Below are positions 36,391 to 49,883 of a stretch of 64,000 bases of DNA, in pieces (positions within the stretch are counted from its first letter, which is position 1; each line of letters starts with the position of its first letter). Made by a program: the position numbers and the translations under genes. This stretch comes from Tubulanus polymorphus (taxonomy: Eukaryota; Animalia; Nemertea), in NCBI RefSeq assembly GCF_964204645.1, contig NC_134029.1:8892850-8956849 (forward strand), read 5' to 3'. The notes beneath the pieces are model-generated. The model had not been told where the DNA came from. It did not search any database and saw only the letters and a program-made list of their open reading frames with translations.

Positions 36391-39076
36391 GTGTTCATCG
36401 ATTACGGATATCCTGTTTTAATTGTATCGAGTATACGTACAGAATTGAACAAAATTGAAAACATCGACAAGATGAAAATGGAATGTTAAAGCCGCTTCAT
36501 CTCGTCTGAGCTGGACGTTTCATTTTTGAACAATGATTCAAATTTGGCTGTATCGTTTTTTCATGCTTTAACACTATCATTGGGGAATCATTTCAAATTA
36601 TCCCTTCCAAATGATTTTCTATAGCGGCAAAATGGTCATCCCGGATCTTCATGGTACATTTCGCTCCAATATTCATTATACACAGACTTTGTAGCGTGCG
36701 TATTTTTTAGACTTTTTTGTCACCGGCAAAGTGGTTTACCTTTTTAGTAGCTAGATGAATGATAATAACATTTTTTTTTACCATTTTGAATTATAATAAT
36801 TGAACAGAGGTGATATTAATACAAAAGTTCAAGATGGAGGGACGGATGAAGAAACCTGTCTAACAAACAAGGTTTATAAGATTTCCATGCCACCCTGAAT
36901 GTAAAAATTTGTTTTGACAGTTTTCAGATGCATGCTATTAGAGTTTAGGTTTAAAATTTACCAGAAAACTCTAAGGGCTCTGGAAAGCATACCACATAAT
37001 TTGATATTTGCTGCATTTTTGCAATCATTTGTATTTCGCAAATAAAAAAGCAGCCAAAACAGTCCTAAAATTCCTATATTTTACCACCTCACTTTCTCCC
37101 TGATCACCACGCTAGCTACGTTATTTTGGCATTGTATATATAGGCTTTAGATTGTGTTTACTGCTCTATTCAATCGTGCCAGCTTCAAACGGCCTCTTTA
37201 AAACCGATGAGAATACTCATCAGAAGGTGACAGGAGATAATTTATTGAATAACGTATTGAACTTGCCATATAAAATCATTTTATAACAAATCGATATTAA
37301 ATATTAGAAGCTAAGAAAAAGGCCGTTAAATGACTAGTAGAACGCATGGTATGTACCAATGGACCGGTATATAAATAAACATTATTGTTACCGTTTTTCA
37401 TTTTTTCTCATTTCTCATCTCTCTTTTTCTAAATACTCACGACACATTGAAACGCTCGAATACGTCATGTTTCTGTCTCATGTGTCGGTGCTTCTGCGTC
37501 GTGATGTGCGTTGGGCTTAAGAAATTCTCGAGATCATATATTCTATCTATTTATAACATATCTCAATGCAACTTTCACCCCGAAGGATTACAGTATTTTC
37601 TTGTATTCATAAACATCTGATGAGTTTTCAATTTCAAATTTTAATTACTCTTCGAATGAACGAATACGTTGTTTTGTAATAAAATTCCGACATCATTCAA
37701 TATATTATGACCGTGCCGATTTCACAAAAAACGCGTTATTTTGTATCAGTACAAAGATGTTAAAATTGGCAACACCTTGATAATTCATTTAGTTTTTTTT
37801 CAATTTTCTAAACAAGTAATGTTCGCATCTTGACTCCATTGCCAACCTGACAAATTTAAAGTTGACCTAAGATTCAAGACAACTTTCTGACATAAGTTGC
37901 AACTGTAGCACTGGTCGCATCGGTAAGATAAGGTCTGATAAACTAACGCTTACCCGAGGAATGCTGTGAAGACGAATGTGGTTAATGTTATAATCCAACT
38001 GGACCAGGTCATCGCTGTCAATCACTGTCCAATATCACCATGCTGCAGCCGTAGGCTCCCTCACCACACTGTAAAACATAAACAAACACGTCGTCCTTTA
38101 GTCCGTACGTGATAAATGCGTCACCACAATCCAGCCGACCTTTATGTTGTCGTTATGTTATAGAAAATTGTCCACGATTTTCTATCGTGTTAAACATTCC
38201 CTCGATAGATAATACAGTGTACCACCGACTGAGAATGTATCAAAACATTTGGGAATGCATTTTGAAAATATTCGTACAGCGAACTGATTTCAGTCGATAA
38301 TTACGATTTCGGCAATTACGGGCGAAGCGGCATTTAAAATCACTTGGTCCGACCTGTGTCGGAGTCGCGTCTTCGAACCGAACCGTAGCAAGTCCAGCGA
38401 TGTAATTGATTAGGCCTAGTATAGATGATAAAAGCTTGAGTTCACTTGACGAACGATCGTTTCGGTGACCCGCGAAATTGAGATACATTTCTATCGAGTG
38501 TACTTCCTGACCTCATCCGAACGACGACGTTCTTCAAGTATATGGGTTGCTTAAACAGTCATAAAACATGGAGTCGAATCATTGCGGATAAAATCGGATT
38601 ATCACATACAAGATACGTTACTGGTTGATTGGTTATTAGGCACTGCGATCACGCGATCGTCGACTGAATCTAAGTTTACGCTCGAAAATAGATCCGATGT
38701 GACAGTCCACGTGCGGATTAATCGAATCCACTCGGCACCGCCGCACACGCGTGTGCGTGCGAGTATGCCCTTATATTTTGCCGATATAATTTTCACGGCG
38801 ATAGTTTTTCCAATATATGTGTATATTTCCATCTGATAGTTTACCCTCCTCAACTGTGTCAATTGCACTTACGATTGGCTTTCCATTTCGCTAATGGGAT
38901 AGAATATTAAATTCAGGTAATGGAACGTTTAAATATACGTAATCGTCGTAAAAAAAGAATCGTTTTAACGAGAAATGAAATTCTAAATGGTACCGGACCA
39001 TATGTTACAGTCATGAAATATAATCTCCACAACATTTTGTAAGTTGTTGATACACAGCGCACTGTAAGGGGCTGTC

Positions 39077-39298
39077 CGTAATCACCATCGATAAAAACTT
39101 ATATTAGTGATGTGACGATAATATAGAGATAGAATCCCACTATAAAAACGAAAAGACAAAGTCCGAAAATGTTTTCTAGAGTTAGTAGTTTATTCGACGT
39201 TTCGACTATATTCTTATAGTCATCTCCAGGAATACTAGCTCTTAGAAACATTTTCGGACTTAGTCTTTTTGTTGTCATTGTGGGATTCTCTCTATATT
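39077..39298 (-). mobile_element. Hairpin element with minimal hammerhead motif (Penelope-like), best-preserved copy, 6-bp TSD
   Basis: gctgtc at 39071-76 and 39299-304; inverted arms ~39119-39195 / 39230-39298; hammerhead motif in the loop. Confidence 0.75.
39191..39234 (-). ncRNA. Minimal type I hammerhead ribozyme-like motif (core A6 replaced by G)
   Basis: Minus strand: UAUUC-CUGGAGA-U-GACUAUA-agaa-UAUAGUC-GAAA-C-GUC-GAAUA. Confidence 0.6.
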
Positions 39299-42011
39299 GC
39301 TGTCTATAAAAGACGTCCGCAGAAAATTGCATTACTTTCACCCCTCCCCTTGTGCATCCGACAAAAAGAAGTTTAAGAGATCGGATATCCAGCCTTGCAA
39401 AATAATGTTTATTTTTTCATTCACTTTATCATTTATGATATGCTCTGGACTACAATTCGTTATTCCACACATTAGCTTGACAACATGCATGTGAACTAGT
39501 TCTCCTTTCTAATTTGAAGTAATCATCCATGCTATGCATTAAATGATTTGTTATGACTTAGAGAAATTAAGTAGGAAGAAGAAGAAGGATGTCCACATTC
39601 AAACCCCATCCCCCTTGTCCACGAAATTCCAAACTTCACAACCCCAACCCCCACCCCTCGACCTTGGACGTCTTTTATGTACAGCCTCTTGGTAAAAAAA
39701 GTTTCATCAAAAGCATATCGTTTCTTTGTTGGTAGCTCCCGATGATGAACTACAATGGGAGTGCGAATGGTTGAATGGTATCTACAGATGAACTGGCATT
39801 TTACTGTTCAGATCTATTGCCCAGTGGGAAATCTCGGAACTCGGCAACCAAAAACTCCCGACTGTCTTCCCTGCGTTAATATCGACAATGCACGACACAG
39901 CTGCGACTTGATTACTGACGTGTCGTCTCCAGGACTATTCACCGCTCTTCAGACGCTTAGAAAAATAAGGCTTAATGCGTTAAAGTTTCTCGCCACAGGC
40001 TAGCTCCCGAGCAACGGGTAGCCGGGTAGCCGGCCAAGTCATGATACGTACAAATATACGTATCCGATGAACCAAAACCCTTTTCAATCGTAAAGTTGTT
40101 GGTTGGGAGTTTGTCTAGCGATAGCGTCTTTTGTAAGAACGTATCTCCCACGCCCAATGCATTCCCATAGTAAATAAAGTAGCGCGTTAATTCTTATGAT
40201 CAATTGGGAAAGAACCTATTCGTCCATGCGATGTACAAGGAATCTGAATCTTTGTCCCTCGAAATAACTCTTAGGCAACATGGAAATAATGACTTTCCAG
40301 CTCACGGAATGTAGGGGGTGTCTCACCAAAAAACGTCGTTCCCCTGCCGATTTCAACACTAATATCATCGACATCGACAAACGTTTTGAAAAATCTGTAC
40401 GGGACGGACTACGCGCTGTCATTCATTTCACCCCCTTTAAAGCTGTGATAATGCTAGGTGTCAGCGTGAACAAGATGGATAGGCTGAATATCAGTACGCT
40501 ATTACCGGTCATTCACATATTTCCACGATGTTGCGGATTCATCGCCGACGGCGTATTTTCAGTAGAATAAGAGGCACAACACAATCGATATGTAGTTCAA
40601 GTTGAAGTTCATTCCATGGAAAGTAAAATATAAGATCTAAAGATTTGAAAAATATACAATGAAATTTTAACTTTAAGATCCACCAGGTTCGCTAGTAGTC
40701 ACTCGGTCTTCCGCATTCAATTTCTTCTACATTTTAGTTAAAAACTGAATGAACTTTTTCTTTAGAAAAATGAATTATTAATGAAAACTATACTGATTTA
40801 TTGAGTAGAAAAATGAACCCGATGTATATTCGGTGGGTCCTAGTTGAAGTATTACAACGGTGATTGTTATTATTGTAGACGGAGGGTTGATCTAACATTA
40901 CGTTTTGAATCTAAAAGGAAACACTGCTTTAAGCAAGCATATATATAGTCTGATAAACATCGGTATCGGGGAATCGGTATCTTTGTATCGGGGAGAACGT
41001 TTTTACAGATGCCTATAACGCCCACTTGATCATGATGAGTTTAATGCATTGTTGAGTTTTGGTGGCATACGCTACAAGGAGTAGGGATTAATTGTTTTTC
41101 GCGAAGTTCGGGAAAAGTTTTTTCTTTATCGAATCAGTTACCCGCGGAGATGTCCGAGTTGCTTTTTATAGCAACCGTTCGTTCACCGAGGCGTGCGAGT
41201 TTTTACATCGGCGGATACCGACGTGTGGCCGCCAGCTATATAGTGCAAAAATGAATTGATCTTTCCGTATAGACACGTCTTCGCCGGAATGATTGCACGC
41301 GGATATGACATTACGAGTAATTTCGTATGCACAAATCCTGTTATCCTATAAGTAAAATAACATTAAGACTACATGAAGAACGAGTGTCATCGCCGTCGAG
41401 TTCGTCAAACGAGAGAGTTGATGGAGCCATCACCCGCCAATCAACCCGGCTGATTGCCCATATTGATGCCGTCGATTCTGGCGGTAAAATCCGAAAACAG
41501 TTTCATTTCTCGTGTACACACGTATACGAATACCAGTCACGCACGTAAATAGCGAATTAATTGATGAGATTTTGAATGTTTGCCTGCATGGATAAATAGA
41601 TAAACACTTAACGTATTATCGAGGCAATGATTTGCCGATTCAATCAATCAGGAAGGCAATGGCGAAGTGACCGAAAATATCCAATGACATTTAGAGGATG
41701 TATGTTTATGAAATGCTAAATACAGACTCGGCTAATGATATAGACAAACGCCGTATAATGTGACGAACTGGCGAATTCTTCTGCACATGACGATACTCCT
41801 TTCTCTAAAAGAAACCAACGGAGTTAGAAAAGGGGGCGCTTCATCAAGTCGAAACTCGAAAGAGGATTTCGCCTTTAAGCATTAACCAGTAAAATGTTTT
41901 TGCAAAGGAAATTTCAAATGCCATTTTGCAGGCGTGCAGCCTTGCAAATGCCATTTTGCAACTTTTTCCGCAATTCGAGATTCATTTTTGTTAAAACAGA
42001 CATATCTTATT

Positions 42012-42222
42012 GATATAAAATGATATCATATATCACATATTATATATCGTATATCATATATCACAAGAAAATGATATCGTATATCGTATGTCTTATATCG
42101 TATGTCTTATATCGTATATCGTGTAATCGTATATCGTTTATCATATAGTATGTCGTATAATCGTATATCATTTATCATATCGCATATCGTATATCAAATA
42201 TCATCGTATATCATATGATATA
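42012..42222. repeat. Low-complexity (ATATC/ATATCGT)n simple repeat
   Basis: Directly visible degenerate 5-7-mer array. Confidence 0.9.
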
Positions 42223-44794
42223 TGAAACCACCACATTAGCCGAGACTACTGCAAAATGCCATCAATGCGACTTATTCGGCGTTAGGACCCCCAATCGTAA
42301 ACATAGTCGACAGAAGCGCGAAACAAGTTTTTTGTCAAGGTATATGGGGGCAGAATTGAATTTAGCCGTTATTCGCAGAGCAACGGCGACCTAAACGCGA
42401 AACTAATCTAGCAAAATACGATCTATATTTCGTTATGATTGATGAACATTTGAAAACGGTCATTATCCAAATTAAGTTCATTAGGTAAATTGTTTCCCGT
42501 CTATAAAAACGTTAAATTGCCATCGAGTGAACCGACGAAACATTGTGTGCGGGAACGTATCGGCGACGAATGAAGCGAAACGTCGGGTATAAGTCTCGGC
42601 GGGAATCCTGGGGGACCCGTCATCACTCTTCGGGTCTGCGAGAAATGAAGTGTAGACGTTACCGTGAACAAAGCAAAAATGCTCGTCGAATAACGACTGG
42701 GAAATCTTTTTTGATGAAGAAGAAATGAAGCAGCATTAAAATGCCGCTTCGTGCAGGTTCTCCAGATGATGTTACGATAAATCCTTTAACGATCTAATAG
42801 TATAATTGATTTCGAAAGCCTATTTATTAATTATGTTAGCCATTGCTTGGGGCCCTGTTCCACAGTAGTTCAATGAGTTTCAATGAGTTTACTCAGAGTC
42901 AAATCTTAACTCAGAACTGTGGAACTGGACCTTGGTTCGTACCAATTTCCTCGTCTACTTAGCAGGCTCGACTGTCGGCCAGAAAGCGGGGCCCTGTATC
43001 CTGGATGAGCCTGAGACGAGCGGCGGTAAGGGTATCTGAGAATTTGCACCAACTGATTAGGTGTTTCAATGAGATAATCTTTATGGTAGCCATAAATTGC
43101 TCCGATATCGCACACGTAGTAAGTCCCAATAGGCATTACAGTTTACACGTTCTTTCTAAATAAACGACCGATCCGTAGCAAAAAAAAAATGTTTTTATCC
43201 AATTTCCTGAAGACAATCCATCTTCCCAGCGCTTTTTGCGCGAAGAGACACACACACAATGGTACTGAATCAATGGGGCGATTTTCTTTCCGCGATTATT
43301 TCATAAGGATGATGGCGATTACATTCGTCGCAATGCTTTCGCGACGCAATCGTCACGGCATTAAGTCGTTTATTTTCACGAGCGCGGCGACGGTAAAACA
43401 GAGTGACATACACATACTATCCTGTGCGTGCAGTTAGTTGAATTACGTTTTTGTGGAAAACGCCCGGCGAGTAAAGCTGCAAGCGATTGAAATGATCGAT
43501 TGTACGGATCAGATTTCGTTAGTTCTTTGTCGTACACGGAACAGCATCGGATTTGCATGAAACTGGTTATTGTAACTGTGTAACCATGATTACAACACTG
43601 AGTGGAAAATTTAACAATCGACCTAGACATATGATACGTATTTTGTGGTAAACCGGACTCGGACCCGAAATGACGTCTTAAAGCTGGAACTGGACGAAAT
43701 TTTTCGGACCACGGTTTTGTTGTACTTTCGAGCCTTCGCCCGTTAGCACGCGTAAAGGGGCCTAATGATGTAGGCTTAGTACATTTTGATGGGTTTTTTA
43801 GCATTGTTTTAATGATCCGGAATGAATATTCGCTAGGGAAAAATGAATAAAATTCCGTTGGTGTTCTCAGGGCTGGACGCTGAGAATTATAGGGATTTCA
43901 AAACAAATTAATTTTCTGCAATAGAAAATAAAGGAAAATGACCTATGACATAATTCTAATACCGGTACATGAAGTAAATTAAGTTTAAGAATTTAAGGTA
44001 TGGAAAACGAATTTCTATTTATCGATTTCTACTTTTAAAATTCCGTACATAGAGGGTTTTTAACTTATCTTCTGTCCTCCAAGTCAGAGTGTGGCTATTC
44101 TACCACGTGGAAAAATAATCTTCTATTGAATAATCGCTTTTGCTTCCAAAAAGGAAAGGCCAACCCATATGATAAAATGTTTTTTTTTCGAATTATCGTG
44201 CGTCGGGACCGTACGTTTTGTGCTGCGTGTGTACGTGGCGCGTGTAACCAGCAGCTGTTCGTGGTGCTGGTCCGCGCTGGCGCACGTTTCTTGGCGATTC
44301 TGACGAATCAAAGTGTGATGAAATAAACTTATTGCCGTGCTGTTGTGGCCTTTCTGATACCGCTCACATTCTGAGGCGATATTCTCCGGGTTTCTACTGA
44401 ACATTCAACGACCTTCCTAGTCTCTTTGAAAATCGCTCTTTAGTCTCGTAGCCTCGTGATTGGTTATACGCCGGACTAACGAAATGTCAAACCTATAAGA
44501 TCTTCTTTTATTAAGGATATAGATGTGCATCAACAGACATTATATCTTTTGAAAATAGCCTTAGATGTTTGTCTTCCGTGTCTGTGAGTTGGAGGCGAAT
44601 AAAAAGCATGTCAGTTTTCTGGCACGTTTGAGGCACCTTTGATTCTAGATGTGTTTGCGATATGATTGGCTTCAGTTAGAATACGGTTTTAATTTTTGTG
44701 TCATGTACTTCGACAGGACTCCATAAAGACTGCCTCAATATAAAATCACAATCGCTTCTGTTTCAAGCTACATTCTCTCCGTCGATTCGAAGTA

Positions 44795-45297
44795 CAGTAG
44801 AGTACGGATAAGTCGTTTACGCAGAACTCGGATATACGCATATGTCGGTCAATTTCTGAAGTCCTGGTCTATTATTGGCAATAAGAGGGTACAAAGTATA
44901 CGATCAAAAGTCGGATTTCGTATAAAATTCAAAAATTTGAATTAAAATTATATCGAATAAGTCGGACTGGAATAAGATATCTTGGTCCAATTGAGAAATT
45001 GTGTTAGTTCATATTCGTACGGATCAAAAAGTTTAAGTACTAACTGAATAGTACACTTGCCTGACGCATAGGCGGCGCATCTTCCTTAATCATTAGTGTT
45101 CGTAAAACATAAAACCGACAAGTTACCGTATATCATACTGATTTGATTCATATCCAAGTTTTTGCCAAGAGACTTGGTTTTTGTTTCCTCATACGCAAAT
45201 TAGCAAATGTTTCGAATACGTGTAACTCGGAATACGCGTAAGTCGGACCAAAAATGACGGTCTCAAGTGATCCGAAGAACTTTATCATACTCTACTG
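44795..45297. mobile_element. pogo/Tigger-like MITE
   Basis: TA|cagtagagta ... tactctactg; internal repeats tcgga(a/t)ata(c/a)g. Confidence 0.6.
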
Positions 45298-47647
45298 GTA
45301 GCCGTGAGCGAGCGAGTGTGGGAACCTTTTGAGTGATGACATGGAGCGTGTTTAGAGATGAATAAACTGATAAAAATGAAGAATGCAACCTCCCATTGTG
45401 TGTGGGCGTGTGATTGGATGACCACTGACTTTTAGGTCACACGCATACGTACGCTCGCACGCACGCACACACGTACACGATTTTCCGTCGAAGAATCGAA
45501 CAGGCGAGCACAAATATTTTGAAGTGAGTCATGTGTTTAAATGAAAAAGTTGCTTATAGATTTTCCTCGACACAACTCGACTCTCGACTAGTTGAGAGAA
45601 ATAGAACATGACGTTTTACTTCTCTCGACTGTCGAGGACTCGAGAGAAACCTAGCCAATCGATTTGAACTGCGAATAAATTCAAAATATGAAAAAAAATC
45701 CTTGTGTTTACATTGTTTATTTAACCGCTATCAGGTTCCGATATTAACAATTGGCCGTTTATGATCAGTATCTGATTCAGTGGATGCGACAAAAGCAACA
45801 CGGGATGAAACGGCTTCGTATTTGCCTGTGACCGGAGTTCAATTGATTTTTCTAAAAAAAACCTCAGTCAAGCCTAAGACAATCATACTACTAAGGAAAA
45901 CGTTCATTTCTGAATAGGCGTAGGAAAACCATGATATTTACTTTGATTGACAGCTTACCAGCGCTCGGACGTAGCTGCGCGTGGTATTTTTGTCATATCT
46001 TAAATTTATTTGCAGTTCAAATTTAGCGCCATTCTCGCGATATTATCAACAACCCGGAAGTAAAATTCAAGCCCTGTGAGCGCAACCTTTGTTTTGGACG
46101 GGACATATTTTACAATCATTGACATGACGTGATCTGAGAGTGTAGGACGCGTGTAGATGGTGAACTAAGGCTCAATATGTCATCATCAGTTATCATTATA
46201 GGAGTATCATTTATCAATTTTACCGATCAACAGCAACCCCGTTCAACAAATAAATGTCATCAGATCTTCAGAGTACATAAGTAACTTTTCACTATTGATT
46301 AAGAATCGTTTTCGTGAATTTTTATACGAGTGACCACACTCTCACGTGATCGAAATTTAACTCGCGGACTATAAAATCGATATCACTGTACCAGTATTAG
46401 TACCCAAAAGGCAGAAGGGTATAGTAAATTGAATTTATTGTGTAATTCATTTATATTTCATTTATTCAACACCAAAGTCATACAAACTTTTATGGTGGAT
46501 ATACATCCACGTACAAATGAATATAATATACATATGACATCGATGCTTCTTTTTCCATAACCCTCGATTGACGAGATCAGTGACCGGCGGCTTAAAACAC
46601 TCGCCCATTGCATCTCCGTTTCGTTTCATAGTCTATTGTTTTACTATACGCGACCGGCGCACAGCAGCTTATCGAGGTAATGGGTATGTACGTATCATTC
46701 TCTGTATATACTATTACGTTAAGTATCCAATATAATCCTTGTGACAGCACAATGAGCTCATCATTAATAATGTAAGACTTTTTTCAAATACTTCTCGACG
46801 CGGAGTCGAGACGGATCCTTGTACGCATGGAAACATCGATACAACTATAGAATCATATGTCTCGCATATCATCGAATATTTTCTAACGACGAAGTCCCGG
46901 AAACAAAAGGTCGATTCGGGCAAATTATACAGAACGCTCTAATGACTTACGAAAAGATGTCGACGATGGAATAAATTGCATGTTGTCGTTATAGAAAGAA
47001 TTACTTCTAGAATATTCAATACTAAAAGTCATTGAATGCTTAAGATCCACTGTTTCACGGTGCATCACCTGTCATGAGTATGGCTCTTCACAAAACCAGA
47101 ACAGCGGAAATAGCCGAAACGTATACGAAAAGAGAATATCGTGACAAATAAATTCTCCATCGTTCATCACAAAACGTACACGGATCGAGATTCTTTTTTT
47201 TTCGATCGCCGTATAGAATAGAACAGATCTCTGAAAACTGTGTTAAGGCGCCTATCTCGCGATTCCAGTTCAAGTGTTGAAAAGATGACAAACTGAGATC
47301 AGAAAATACGCCGTCACGTATCGCACGACGTCACCGGCTCAATTAAAGCGTGTCGCGCACGGCTTTGTGCAGCGGGAGAGGATTTCTTTAACGAGCTAAT
47401 ACATATTCAATGAGAGTTTCAATGTCGTTAAATCGACAGCCGATTGTCGCGCTTTATGGTCGTTTAGCGAACGGTGACAGGTTTTTATTTGATTCCTGGT
47501 GCAGACGATAGCTCGTAAAATATCGACGGTAGCGGTTCTTATTTCAAAAATGTTCGGCGGATAATTACGTATGAATACAAACATGTTCATTCATATAGAA
47601 CGCTTCGGAAAAAAGAGTAGCGTGCAAATGGAGAACTGCACGACCTA

Positions 47648-47979
47648 CTGTGGCAACCTATGATTCCACTTATGGCAGGCGAGGATCCACCCGGTTCGCT
47701 AGTAGTTACTCGGACTTCAGCGTTCGATTTTTTTCTATCCGCTTTCAATTAGAATTTTTAATGGTAACTATTCTGATATCCGAGTAGAAGAATGATAGTA
47801 TGAATATTGTATATTTGGTGGGTCCTGTGATAATATATGTATTCGGGAGTCTAAAAATTCTGATCAAAGTTTATTGAAATGCATTTATTTTGACAACGTA
47901 AGACTGACTGCTCGTCACGCCATCTGGTGGAGTAGCTGGTGCCGCGGTTCCTCATTTAGCGGATCCCCACTTGCCACAT
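47648..47979 (+). mobile_element. MITE, CTGTGGCAA-terminus family, with CTCF-like motif
   Basis: ctgtggcaa..gattccacttatggcaggcgaggatccacc ... acgccatctggtgg ... ttgccaca. Partial homologs at 40677-40850 and 8655-8704 (-). Confidence 0.75.
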
Positions 47980-49883
47980 ATTAAACCGCCGCAGTAGCAT
48001 TGCCAGTATATGCATTCAGTTGTAAACAGAAAATAGCTATAATGGACGAGGTGGGAATTAGTACATAAACACTCATTTTCATGATTGACGAAGCCAGATA
48101 AAAACTTCAAAAAGTAAGGAAACCCGACGCCTCTTCAAGCACCGATATTCCATAAATTCAGGCGAAATGTACATTCATTACGGACCAATTAGCAACCATT
48201 AGTTCACTACGAATCCTGCTGTGTAAGCCGTATTAGATGTTTTAATGTCGGTACGAATATTCGTTAACGAAGTTAAAAGTTAGTTTACTCGTCTTCTCGT
48301 AACCTGCGCAATCGTTGTGTACTTCGTGGTAAAACGATCTCCCCAATCAAGTAAAACACGCCGAGGGCTAAAGGTTGCGAGGATAAAGAGTTGTACTAAC
48401 ATTACTCCGTTTCTCAGTTTGAGATCGGGTTTGAGATACGTACGTAGCAACTCTCAGACAGCTATCGTAAATTGTTATACTACGATGCGGTTCATTGGCA
48501 TGCGTCGATTTCCCTTGTTTTCTTTTCAATATGTATCGGTAACCCAACACGTTATAACGCCTGGAAGGTATCTAGCCAATCTACCTAAGACCAAATGTAT
48601 TGTTATTCTATATATAAGTCCAAAAAGATTTATCAATCCTATTTTTTCTTTACTGTGGTTATTGTCTTCCGAGCTGATGGGCAATAGGTTTGCACAACGC
48701 CAGGATAGGTGAGAAATCCGCAATAACCGTCCATTTCATAATCTGTCATAGCTGGTAGTTGTGATTGCGTTCGGAGCTTCGTCTGCCAAAACCTGAACAA
48801 CATAGAACAAAACTCTACATGCAGCGACGAAAGGGAACACAGAGGTCAATGTTAATGTCGCCACTGGCTGGACGTGGCGTTGCCAGTCTTAGTCAAATCT
48901 TATGGTTTGAATGAAATTATATCGTTCATTTTCATGTCAGATGGATATATTGGATGCCCAATGATCTTCAACAATCGTGCCTGACGAACTATTTGTGTCG
49001 GCCGACCCAAAAATCAGTGACGGATTCAGATGCGAGGTCCCAATCCCCTAAAAGTCATACCAAAACATCTTTTGGTGGCCGATTCAAAAAATCATCCTCA
49101 CTAATTTTCATTTTTGTTTATACAAGATGGGGGACATATTACAAAGCTAGAAAATCACAATGGTTATAAATAGTCGCCAATGTTTGGCCATTAGATGTCC
49201 CATTTGACTTTACGATGATATCTGCAACGAGCAACTGGATATTACGTAGTTCTGTCATCGGAAAATATAACGTTCATTAACCTATTTGTCTTCCTTAGAA
49301 GATTTGAAGAAAGCGCAGTTCGATTACGTTTCGTTTTTTATCATCAATGTTCCGTTGAAACCAGTTATCGTTGCTATTCAGCAATAGATTCATATTTCAT
49401 ATTTGTCATTCATTAACAATGGAAAATTCAAATTGAAACCTAATCATTTTCAAATTATCTTACAGTATTTGCGGGGCTGCATCTCGTTTCCAACTGTCCC
49501 TGGGTATAAATTCGTGAAGTTTGGTTAGACTCCGGTTGTACGCGGTTGGCCTAACATTATGTAATTAATCATCAGCTGATTAGGCTGGTTGTGGTTGCTG
49601 ACTGGTGTACTAACATCCGCTTAGCTAATGCGAGACATTTTCAGGGATCTGTCTTTTAAAGTTTTGTTACCACCCATGAGACCGCCGTTTGAGTCCAGAA
49701 CATACGTGTATCGTGCCGAACAAACTCATTTTTAGCTATCGTATATACGTGGACAAACTTCATGAAATGAATGTGAACGATGTAAGGAAAATGACACATT
49801 AACATCGCTGACGAACTAGTCGTTGTATTTTTAGGTTTAACATTACAAGCACGCGAGCAATTATTTTCGGTTTTAATCGAAAC

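Larger units (their letters stand above)
39066..39690. mobile_element. PIF/Harbinger-like MITE whose left TIR is interrupted by the 39077-39298 insertion
   Basis: The reconstituted left end aaggggctgtc|tataaaagacgtcc matches the right end ggacgtcttttatgtacagcctctt. Confidence 0.7.
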
